DNA from: Sminthopsis crassicaudata
Taxonomy: Eukaryota
DNA: 64,000 nucleotides
Direction of reading: 5' to 3'
Assembly: GCF_048593235.1 (NCBI RefSeq)
Contig: NC_133619.1
Span: 636,780,558-636,844,557, forward strand
The notes under the pieces were generated by a model that ran no database searches, was not told the origin of the DNA, and saw nothing but the letters and a program-made list of their open reading frames with translations. A program made the translations under genes and the position numbers. This document shows positions 33,951 to 44,900 of this stretch, piece after piece; positions within the stretch are counted from its first letter, which is position 1; every line of letters begins with the position of its first letter.

Positions 33951-35099
33951 GCTAACGGGCTGGAATCAGGGTCAGGCTCTCCAGGGTCCGGGGAGAGGAG
34001 GCAGGAGCAAAGGGTGTGGCAGCAAGAAAAGATGGCATAGGCCAGGAGCCGGCTTCCTGCCCCCAGCAAAGTGAGGGCGGAGGTCTGAGGGGAGGAAAAG
34101 GGCGGGGAAATAAAGGGGGGCATAAAGGCCCCCCTGCAGGGCCACAGGAGGGCGCCTGGGAGCCAGCGTGGAGGAAGCCTGCGGAGAGGCAGCCGACACT
34201 GGGGGGAGATGGGACTTGGGTGTCCCAGAAAGGTCCTGAGAAATAGGAGGCGTGGGTATGAGAAAGAGAGGGCCCAGAAGCAGGGTGCCCACTGGCATCC
34301 CAGGGAAGGGGCTGAGAGGCAAGTTCCCCCAGCCCCTAGCAGGGACACAGGCTGCGGACAGAAGGCTTGGACTTTCAAGGATGCCCAGAAGCCTTCAAGG
34401 AAAGATGCCTCTGTCTCCTGGGGGGAGGAGGCCGGGAGGCAGGGAGGCGTCCCTGGAAGGAGGGGATTCCGGATCCTTGGAGCCCGAGAGGTAGATCCCT
34501 TGTAAATAGTTGTCACCCGCCCCCAGTAGCGGAAGAGCGTGGCCACCGGTCCCTTTCCTGGAGACATCAGCTTCCTGGAGGAAAACCGGGGTCAGGGACA
34601 GGAGCAGTGACGGGCCGAGGCAGATGGCCCAAAGGTGGCTAAAACTGTGCGTGTTGATCCGGCCATAGCACTATTAGGTCTGTGCCCCAAGGAGATTTTT
34701 TTTTTTTTTTTTTAAGGAGAAGGACACATGTAGACCAAACTATTTGCAGCAGCCCTTTTTGTAGGGGCGGAGACCTGGAAAGTGAAGGGATGTGGGACAT
34801 GGGGACTGGCTGACCAAGTTGTGGCTCTGGGAAGTTATAGAAAAACATGGCAAAAAACCGATCTGAACCGACACGAAGTCAAGTGAGAAAAGCCCAGAGA
34901 TCTGTACAGAGCAACTGCAACGTCCTAATGATGATCTACTGTTAAAGAATTGACTGCTCTGAGCAATAAAATGATCTAAAACCGTTTCAAAGGACTCACG
35001 ATGAAAAATGCCATCCGAGTCTAGGCAGGGAAATGATGAACTCTGAGTGCAACTGAAATACCATTTCCTCATTTAATTTGTCTTGCTTTTTTTTGGGGG

Positions 35100-35350
35100 G
35101 GGGGCAATACGGTTAATATGGGGATACAGCTTGCATGATGTATGATTGCTATCAGTGGCTTGCTTTCTCCGTGGGGGGGAGGGAGGGAGAGAATTTGGAG
35201 CTCAAAATTGAAAGAGAAAATGTTTAAAATAATGAAATCGAAAATGTAGTTGGGAAAAAAATTTTTTTTTAATTTTTGTATTAAAGTTTTTAATCTACAA
35301 AACAAATGCATGGGTAATTGTTCCCACGTTGACCTTTGCAAAACCGATTT
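35100..35350. mobile_element. Two L1-like 3' tail fragments in opposite orientations
   Basis: G-rich tract ending in an A-rich tail, then a reverse tail (atgcatgggtaatt...ttgacc.ttgcaaaacc) similar to the 12.1 kb element. Confidence 0.55.
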
Positions 35351-35429
35351 TTTTTTTTAATCGATAAAAATACGCTAGGTAAGTAGTCTCCCTGCGCCCA
35401 GCCCCCAGTCTGGCACACGTGTTCACCGA

Positions 35430-35773
35430 ATCAGGAAGTACCCCGTGGCCCGAACCGAGCTGACAAACTCCCCAGAGGCCTTCCCGAAAAGGCCCGCGGC
35501 TCTCCGGGCCAAATGTCAGCCGGCCAGGGGATTCTAGCAGAGGCCGCCTGCGGCAGCCCCCGAAACCGCTTCGGCCTTTATGGGGCTCTCGAACTGGCGG
35601 GGCCGCCCCGAGGGCGGGCCGGGGGCGGGGCCGGGCCAGGATTTAAAGCGCCCGCGCGGGCCAAGTCGAGAATCGGGGAACGGCTCCGGCTCCCCGCTCA
35701 GAGAAGAGGCTGGCGCAGCGCCGAGGCCGGGGTGGCCCGGGGGCCCCGCCGCCCGCGCCCCGGAATTCTAAAG
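35430..35773 (+). promoter_or_regulatory. NFKBID CpG-island promoter and non-coding exon 1 (donor AAG|GTAAGC at 35773)
   Basis: GC boxes (gggggcggggcc), ETS caggaagt, TATA-like atttaaa at ~35641, strong donor. Confidence 0.6.
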
Positions 35774-36471
35774 GTAAGCCCACGGACTGCGCGCTTGGCT
35801 CGGAGATGGGGCCGGGGAGTGGGGCCGGGGATGGGGCCCAGATGCCCGATGCCCAAGGGGCGTGAGGAATGGGGAGGCGGAGACCAGACTGTGCTGCCTT
35901 CGGGTCCGAGGAGCCGCGGGGGGGGGGGGCGGAGGAAGAAGATCCTGGGGGCCTCTGAGCTCCTGTCAGGTCCACGAGCATTTTATCCGGAGACCGGGAC
36001 TCCAGAATCCAGGACCGCCGGACGAAGGCGGAGCCAGGTCACAGATTCCCGCGTCCCCGCGGGCAAAGCTGAGCGGGGCACTTGTTTTGGGGGGAGCGGG
36101 CGCTGGGGAAGGGGAAGGAGATCTGGGTCCTGAGTGATGGAGACACAGTGCCCCAATCCTGGAGGAGCGGAGGGCCTGGGAAAATAAGAGTGATAAAACA
36201 GCCCGCGGAACGGGAAGGTTAACGCCGGACAGAACTGGCCCCCGAAGGTCCGAGCGGGGGGCCTGGGACCCCCGGGCTGTGAGGGTCCGGGGATGAAGGG
36301 TGTCAGAACTCCCGGTTCGGGAGAGGCGGGGCTGGGGCAGGACCGGGGCATTCCTGGCTCTGGGGCAGAGCTGACAGAGGCGGGAGGGCTCCGAGGGTCA
36401 GAATGGGGGGGGGCGGACTTCTGGGTTCTCCCGGCCCTGGGACGGGGCGTGCCAGGGAGCCCTCTGGCCCT

Positions 36472-36645
36472 GGGACTTCCCCCGCCCCGGCCTTGGGGCC
36501 GAACAGGGATTTCCCTTCCGCGGGGATTCCGTGGTCACTGCGCTTGGCTGCCCTCCTCACCCCTCCCTTTGCGCTGGACACCTGGATCCCTGGGGAGGGC
36601 GGGTGGAAGATTCCCCTGCGCAGGGGTGACGGTGGCGTGACGTCA
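36472..36645 (+). promoter_or_regulatory. Cluster of NF-kB sites (GGGACTTCCC 36472, GGGATTTCCC 36506, GGGGATTCCG 36522, GGAAGATTCCCC 36605) plus a full CRE (TGACGTCA 36638)
   Basis: Motif matches read directly, in the NFKBID 5' CpG region. Confidence 0.7.
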
Positions 36646-37573
36646 TCGCGTTCTTTCCGGACTCCTTTCCGAAACCGCCCGCCTCCACTTTGACTCTTTC
36701 TCTGCCTGACTCCGGGGAGTCGGAGGGGAGGGGGCTGGGGCGCTGGTCTGCAGGTGCCGGGAAGGGCTGTTTCTGGATGCCTGAGCGCTCTGGGAGACCG
36801 GGACCGGAAGCCGCTTCCTGGATTCTCGAACTAGAAGTTCGCTAAAGGGGTCACCCGGGCCGCTCCGAATCTGAGGAAGCCGAAGCCCAGGCTTAGAAGC
36901 GCGGAATCCGGCCCCCGGCCCCAAACCCTTCCCGGGCGATCGCCGCAGGGCGGAGGCGGTTTCGTCTCGGGCTCGGCGCCAGACTGCGTGGTCCCTGACA
37001 CTTTAATTAAAAGCGCTGGAACTGCTCTGAACTGAGCGGCAGTTTCCCTGAGATAAGGGCGGGGGGAGGGGGCTGAGAGGTTCGAAAGCTCTCGGGTGCA
37101 GACGCTACTCGGGGTCTCGGAGCGTCCGTCCCCGAGTTAGGGAGCGCTGAGGCTGCGGGAAGAGGGGGCTTTGGGTGCGCTGAAGCGAGAGATCGCGGGT
37201 CTCCAGAAAGGAGGCTCAAGGGGACCCCCTTTCGGGGGATGTCACCGACATCCCAGAGCAGGGGGCCCGATGGGTGGCGGGAGGCCAGCAGAAGCTGGAT
37301 CCCCGGGCCGGGGGGGGGGCAGACAGCCGGACCCCGGGAGAGACTCCTGGGCTCTGGATAACGGTCCCGCCGCCTCCCCGGTTTCCAAGACGTGGGAGAG
37401 GATGGAGGGTCGGGAGGAAACTGCGGCGGGCGGCGCGGGTGGGGGGAGAGCCCCCGCTTGGGAAACACGGCCCCGGTTTTCCGAGGGAGGCCGGGAAGAA
37501 GGGGGAGGGGCCCCCTTGATCTCGGACTCCCGATAACCCTCTCCCGCGGGCTCTCCTGCCCCCACCCCCACAG

Positions 37574-40525
37574 TGGGCCGGGGCGAGCGCAGCCACTGCC
37601 CCTCTCAGACTGTGAAGAAACTGCTGGAGGCTCAAAGGCGGCGGAGGCAATCTGGCACCGGCTACCAGCCTCAGGTGAGAGACGCCAACCTACATTTCCC
37701 AGCAAGCCCAGCGGCCGCCGCCTGGCTTTGGGGCCTAATTCGGCCCCACGGTCTGCTGGGAGTTGTAGTCCCGCATCCCTCTCAGGACGGGGTGGGGGAG
37801 GAGGCAGCCTTCTCATTGAAACTGACTTTCACCTCTTCCTCCTCCAACCAGGGGCAGGTCCCCGCGATCCCTGCGAACGACGCCGAACCAGGTGAGTCTG
37901 AAAACCCGGACTCTACCCCACTTTCCAATCCCCGAGCATCCCTTTTCCAGCCCGCGGCCCCGAGCTTTGGGTCTGAGCCCTCCTCCTCCGCAGGTCTGGG
38001 CCCCTTCCCAGGGGCCCCGGAAGTCCAGGGGGCTGGCCTTGGGCCCCCGTCGGCCCCCCCAGCGCAGGCCCCGGGGTGGGACCTGGAGGCCAGTGCCTTG
38101 TACCCCGACTGCCGCTACCCCTGCGCAGCCTCTGCCGAAGCCTTCTTCAGCCCCGGCCTCTTCCCCCCCGCGGACCCCGGAGGGCTGGCTTCCTTCCCCG
38201 CGCTCCTGGAGGTGAGGCCCAGGGACCCTAGGGTGGGGGTGGGGGAAAGGAAGAGGGTTTCCCAGGCCCTGACGGAGCTCACTTCCCCCTCCCCATTTTA
38301 GCTCCGCCCACCAATGACCAAATTAAAATGCTTAGAAAAGAAAGGAGGAAATGGTGATTCACTTGGTGGAGTGAATGATTCATTTTAAGGAAAGATCAAT
38401 CTTTTTATAGAAGGGCCGCATCTTCCATCCATGAAATCCCCCCTCCCCCACTTCCTCTCTAGATCTGGGTGTCCTGCTCCCCTCCCCCCTTTGGCTCTGG
38501 TTTTCAAGGCATTTCCCAAGCTGGCTATCTTGTTTCCTCCCCCTCCCAACCGCAGGGCCCTGTGGACGCCTCTGGACTGTATGGGGAGCCAAACCCGCCT
38601 CCAGCTGGCCCCTGGGGCATCCCGGCGCCCCCCCAGCTCCTGGCTGCACAGGGAGCTTCCCTGGACGCTGCCCGGGCCCAGGTTCATGCCCTCGGGCTGC
38701 AACGGCTGCTGACTCAGGATGAGGAGGGGGACACGTGAGTCTGGGCTGGGGGCTCCGGGGATTTGGAAGCCAGGAAAGAGGTGACCTTCAGCTCATCATC
38801 CTCTGCCCTCTGCCCTCTGCCCTCTGCCCTCTTAGGCTTCTTCACCTGTTTGCTGCCCAAGGTCTCCGATGGTCAGCCTACGCTGCGGCTGAGATGCTGC
38901 AGGGCTTCGGACAGCTGGACATCCGGGAACACCAGGGAAAGGTGAGGGGCTGGAGCCCTCAGGACAAAGGTCAGAGGTCCGTCTGCTCCAGGCTCACGTC
39001 CTGACTCCTTTCCCCCCACAGACACCCCTCCTTGTAGCCGCCACAGCCAACCAGCCACTGATTGTCCAGGACCTGTTAACCCTGGGAGCTGACCCCAACG
39101 CTACTGACCACCGTGGCCGAACCATCCTCCACCTGGCCGCCACCTACGGCCTGCCTGGGGTCCTCACGGTGAGAACGGCTCCCAGAGACCGGGGGACCAG
39201 CTGCCGGCATCCTAGGGACAGAAACTGGAGGGGGTCCTGAGTGGGCTGAGGGACCTAGATCTCAGAGAGAACAGGGGCTGAGGTCCCAGCTTTCAGGGCC
39301 CCTGTTGGGGGGAAACCCTGACCAAAACTGAGCCCCGCTTCTCTCCCCAGGCTGTGTTTAACTCAGGGATTCAGGTAGACTTGGAGACCAGGGACTTTGA
39401 GGGTGAGTCACATTGGCTGGGGGCGGGGGGCAGAGTAAAGTGTCCCCAGGACAGTCGGGACTTACTGGTTCCCATGGATTTCCCCAGGTCTCACCCCGCT
39501 CCACGCCGCTGTGCTTTCCCTTAACGAGGTCACCCAACAGCCAGCCTGCGGCCCCAGGACAATGACCGTCCCAGCACGGGACAGGCTGGCCTGTGTCCAG
39601 ATGCTGTTACAGATGGGGGCTGACCACACCAGCCAGGTGGGCAGGGTCCCTGAGGAGATGGAGGGAGGTCCTGAGAATGGACCAAGTTGACCAAGAGCCT
39701 GAGCCCCAGAGGTTAGAGGTCAGAGGGCATCTTGGTTTCCTCGGCCCTCACTCCCCCCTTTCTCTAGGAATTCAAGAGCAATAAGACGGTTCTGCATCTG
39801 GCCGTCCAGGGAGCCAATCTTGCCCTGGTCCAGATGTTGCTGGACCTGCCCAGTGGGGATCCGAGGGCCTTTGTGAACATGAAGGTGGGTCCTGGGACTG
39901 AGAACTTGGGAGAAGGGACAGATATGAGGGGTGCAGCTCAGAGACGCCCTGGGGGAGGTGGAGAATGAGGATCCCTGGAGCTCGGGAGGGGTCCCTGCAG
40001 TCACTGGGAACCCTGTCCTGGAGCCCATTGCACCAGAGTGCTCAGCAGCGGCTGGAGAGACCGAGGCCTCTGAAAAGCTGCTTTCCTACTTGTCTCCCTA
40101 ACCAGGCCCACGGGAACACAGCCTTGCACATGGCAGCCGCCCTGCCCCCAGGATTCCCCCAGGAGCCTATCATTCGGGGGCTCCTGGCAGCTGGGGCAGA
40201 TCCCGCCCTGCGCAATCTGGAGAACGAGCAGCCGGCGCACCTGCTGTGCCCCGGACCAGCCTCCGAAGCAGTAAGGGCAGCCCCTTGGAGCTGTGCCCCT
40301 CTCTGTTTGCTTTTCCAATCCTGACCTAGACCTCCAACCTATCCCTCCACTCACCCCGAGCCCTGACCCAAACCTCTGATCTCTGACCCCTTATACCCAT
40401 CATGCTGACCCCTGATCTCTGACTCCTTATACCCATCATGCCAACCGCCCACCTCTGACTTGTTTTCCCAGCTTCGGCAGCTGTTGAAGAGAAGCCGGCC
40501 CCCACCTCTGGCCTCCTCCACATAG
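37574..40525 (+). CDS. NFKBID: NFKBID (IkBNS) nuclear ankyrin-repeat IkB, start codon unresolved. Exons 37574-37674, 37852-37891, 37994-38211, 38556-38734, 38836-38941, 39022-39168, 39351-39402, 39488-39636, 39768-39884, 40106-40270, 40472-40525
   Basis: QDEEGDT|LLHLFAAQGLRW, TPLLVAATANQPLIV, GLTPLH, KTVLHLAVQ, AHGNTALHMAAALPPG, LRNLENEQP and LRQLLKRSR. All junctions are GT-AG and in phase. Confidence 0.95.
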
Positions 40526-40762
40526 GACTCGAGGCCCATTACTTGGACTGGTTCTTCAGTCCACATCTATTCAACCTTCCTGTCCCTGAGGGACAACCAA
40601 GCGTATGCTCATGTATGCAAACCCAGGATAATTTATTTGGATCCCTATCCAACGCTGACCTGCCCCCGTCCTGGGGAGTCTTACATTAAAACTCCCATGA
40701 TGTCCGCTGACCCCGGGGGGAGGTGGCCTGGACAGGGAAGCTGGGGGAAGGGAGCTTGTGCT

Positions 40763-40808
40763 GATTTCTGTGAAATTGAAAGCCCCCCGACTTGTTTCTG
40801 TGAAACAG
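40763..40808 (+). promoter_or_regulatory. Tandem Roquin-type CDE stem-loops in the NFKBID 3'UTR
   Basis: ATTTC-TGT-GAAAT (40764-40776) and TGTTTC-TGT-GAAACA (40793-40807): triloop hairpins with the UUC-UGU-GAA core. ATTAAA polyA signal at 40849-40854. Confidence 0.85.
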
Positions 40809-41936
40809 ATTTAGCCCCAGACGTTCCATCCAACCTTCCGACCCTCTAATTAAAAATAATTTGGATCCTGAGTGTTTTTTTCCTGTCCTTAAGGTGGGGA
40901 ATAAGTCAGAGAAGCATTGTGGTCTCTTGGGCACCTGGGTGTGAGAGAAGGGCCTTTTGGGGGCCTCCAGGGCGTCCCAGGGGACACTCAGACACAGTCT
41001 TCCCTCGAGGTATAGGTAGGGAAACTGAGGCGAAGAGCGCATGGAGCAAGTAACAGCGCTGAAGTTCCAGGGGCCCCAGGTTCCCAGCCCATGGGCCCGC
41101 CCCTGGCTCTGTAACTCGGGCCTGGGTCCTCTTCCAAAGGATGTCCTCATTCTTTCTGGGCAGCTGCAGCCTCTAAGCATTCTCCGGGCCCAAGCTGTCC
41201 CTCCAACAATGGGGGCCCTGGCTTCATGAAGGGCTGTGCCCTGATTTCTCCCCAACATCCTGCTTCCCCCCCCCTTGGTGGGAGACTCCGGGAATACTCC
41301 AGCCTTCCAGACCCAACTCGCATCCCTTCTGGGGGGCAGGTCGCACAGAAGCCTGGGCACCTGGGGGTAGGAGCAGGGGGAGGCAAAAGCTCTTAGGTAG
41401 GCCCCCTCCCTGGGCTTGTTCTTGTTTATAGGGGTGCATAGATCTCTACCCTCATATCCACCTGGCCAAAGGGAGGGGGGAGGGAATAAGCATTTATATG
41501 GCTCCAACTGTGTACTTTTGTGCCAGCCTTTACTGTACTTTAGATTGTCTCTGATAATTCTCATTTCCTGCTGCCCCCCCCATGCCCCAGCCCACATCTT
41601 GGCCAAGAGACAGGGCCATTGGATAGGGAAGGTTTATTGAGACATTAGTTTCACTGGGTCACAAGGTAGGAGACAGAGTGGGGGCCCTGGGTAGGGGAGG
41701 GCAGTTTATCTGCACCCAATTAACTTAGAAAATAAATTAGGGGAGGAGATGGGGTAGCCATGGGCTTAGGGACCTCTAAGGTCAGAGAGCAGGAGTTTCA
41801 GGGCCCCTGGGGTTGGAGATTTGGGGTTAAGGGTCCCCCAAAGACAGAAATTGGGGGCTTGGGGATCCTTCAGGGTCAGAGGTTGGGGGGCTTAGGATCC
41901 CTCAGCGTTAGGATTTGGGGGCTCAGGGGCTGGGGC

Positions 41937-44900
41937 TCAGGGCCGCTCCTCCAGGAACCGGTAGGTCGGGTTTTCATACCCATGTCTCTGCAGCTCCCGG
42001 AGCTGCTGCTCCTCCAGGCTCAGCATCGGGTCCACCTGGGGCCAGGGAGGGAATCGGGAGTCATGAAGGGCCTGAGCCCGGGGCCTCCCCAGTGACCTCC
42101 CAGGACGCCCCTCCCCCTCCCCGCAGACGGGCTCACCTCCACAACCCCGTGGCTGATGGCCCCGTAAGGCCGCCGCCTCCGGGCCACCAGCAGAGACAGG
42201 ACCACGACGGCCGCCACGGCCACGGCCACGACCAGGAGCCCGGCCACGGCCCCGCGGGCCACCCCCGTCCCTGCCCCCATCCCCGGCTCCTGTGGGAGAA
42301 AGCAGCGTCACAGCCCGCCGGCCCCCGTCCGGGCCTGCGCACCCTCTCCCGCCTCTGCCAGCCGTCCCCGGCTCGCGCCGCTTACCAGCTCGTCCCTCTG
42401 GATCTCGGGGGAGCGGAACGGGAGGCCCCGGGGGATGGAGACGTTCACCTGGGGGGAGAAGGCACTCAGGGCTCCCCTCCTCCGGCCCGCCCCTCCCGAG
42501 CCCTGGCTCCCGCCCCTCGGAGAACCGGCCCCCGCCCCCTCAGGGATCCTTGTCCAGTCCCATCACCTTATGCTCCGGAAGCCGCTCAGCTCCATCCCGT
42601 TCCGTGAAGCCTGCACCCAGAAACCCCCACTTAGACGCCTCCAGCCGGGCCCGGCCCCGCCCCCAGCCCCTCCCCGGAGACCTCCTCCGACCCCCCCACC
42701 CCCGCCCCTCCCCGGACCCCCCCCCCCCAGGACCCCAGAGCAGACTTCACCTCCAGTCCCTCACCTTTAAGAGGCATCGTGGCACCCATGTCTGCCTCGG
42801 GGAGCGGGGAGGGGAGGGAGAGAGGAAGAGATTAGGGAAGGAGGCGGGGAATGTCTCCTTTGCCGGCCGGCCCCCTCCCGCCCTCCCCCAGCGGTCACCT
42901 TCTTCCGTGGCGGGGGGCAGGGGGGCGCCCCCATCCTCACGTCAGGGGGCGGGGCGGGTACCCACGGATTTGGGGCTGCAGCTCCCGGGCCAGGTGCGGG
43001 TTCTGCTCCAGCAGCCCCAGGCTCTGATTCATGCGCTCCTCGATCACCTGGAGGTGGGTCTGAACCTGGAGTTTGGAAAGGAGGGGCCGTAAATGGCGGG
43101 GGGCCTTGGAGGAGAAATCCCCGTGAGCAGGGAGCCCCGACACAGTGGCCAGCTGGGATCCGGAAGCAGAAGGTGGAGGGGGGGCTGGGAACGGGGGCTC
43201 CCCGCCCTCCCTACCTGGAAGCGCATCTGCTCTGCTTTCTCGGGGTCCACGGCGGCCACGTGCTGGTAGTGGCGGATGGTGTGTCTCTGTTCCTTCTGCT
43301 CGGCGCGCAGGTACCGTTTCAGGGCCTGGAGCACTCGCTCTGCCTGCGGGGGAGACCCAGGTGTCCAGCCCCACGGCCGCACGCCCGGGGATTCGGGGAC
43401 ACGCCCCTCACTCATGCTGGGCCCCCACATCAGGGTCCTCGGTCCCTCCATCCTCGCGGCCCCAAATCTGCAGCCTCCAAGTGCAGCCTCGGGAAGCCCG
43501 GAGTCCGGGCCCCGCCCCCTCACCTGGGGCTCGTCCCCCCTGCAGAGCTGCCAGGAAGCCTTCCAGGGCTGCTCGGCGCTGGTCGTTGATGAGGGCGATG
43601 ACGCGGGCGGCGTGGGTCTCCACCAGCCGCTGCCGCTCCCCGGAGACCTGCTCCTCCAGCGTCTGCAGGATGGACTGGAAGTGCTGCGGGGGAAGGACGG
43701 CACAGGCTATGGGCCGCCGCCGAGGGTGGACGCCATGGCCACCGAGACCCTTCGCTGGGGCCCGCAAGGGTCCGCGAGGGGCGACCGGAGGGTGCTCACC
43801 TCGTTCAGAGCTTGCCGGTCGGCTTTAGGGAGGTTCCTGGCTTGATTGTCGGCCTCGGCCCATTCCCGCATGACCTGCCATGGGGGGGGGGAGTCACATC
43901 AGTCCCCCTAAACTGCCCCCTCCTCTCCCCAAAACTCCCCCCCCGGGGACTCGAGGAGCATTATCTTTTGGCCAGCCCTTCGAGGTGTTGGGGGGAACGC
44001 AGGGTTATCTGGGAGTTTTATGGGGCCCAGTGCGAATCACCACCTGGGCTGTTCCTTTTTTGTTGGCGTTTGTTTGCTCTTTTGTTTTCTTTCTCATTTC
44101 CCCCCCTTTTGACCTGATTTTTCTTGTGCAATATGATCATGGTGGAAACATGGAGAGAAGAACTGCACTTTAACATAGATTGGATCACTTGCCGTCTAGG
44201 GGAGGGCGGGAGGGAGAAAAATGTGGACCGCAAGGTTTCGCAAGCGTGAATGTTGAAAATTATGGATGTGTTTTGGAAATGAAAAGCTTAAAAAAATAAA
44301 ACAAATGTCATGGGGCAGTCTGTGGGTAACTGGAAGTTCTGGGGCATTACTGGGCCCCTAGTGTTAGTGGGAATATGCAGGGCGTTAGGGTGATTTCGAA
44401 GAGGCAGGGATGTGGTTCACTTTATTAACCTATCATATTATAGGGAATACTGAGGTTACCAGCATCTCTGGGGTTCAAAGTAGGATGAAAGAGCCATTGA
44501 TCCGCCCATTAAAGAAAGTACCTTAGGATTATTGGAGCAAAATTCTGGGTGTCCGTTGGCTATTGAGAGGTCCAGGAATTTTTTTTTTTTCTGGCTGAGA
44601 TGATTGGGGTTAAGTGACTTGCCCAGGGTCACACAGCCAGGGTGCAGGGATTTTTAGAGGTCTGAGAAGGGAGTGTTTTTGGACAAAGGGGAACCCTGGG
44701 GCGGGTTCCAGGGGGACTCACCTCGTTAATCTGTCGCATCCGCCTTTCCTCCAGATCCATCTTAGCCCTCAGGAAGCCCGCATGCTCGCCACCCTCTCCT
44801 GGCATCCCAAAGTACACATCCACACCATCAGTGGGCCGGGCCGTCGGGCTCCCTGTGGGGTCCGAGAACAACTGAGCTGTAATAACCTCCCTTGGCGCTG

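Noticed and set aside
37951-37993. Phase-0 acceptor at 37951 for the NFKBID Pro-rich exon
   Set aside because: The preceding exon ends in phase 1, so only the acceptor at 37994 keeps the frame.
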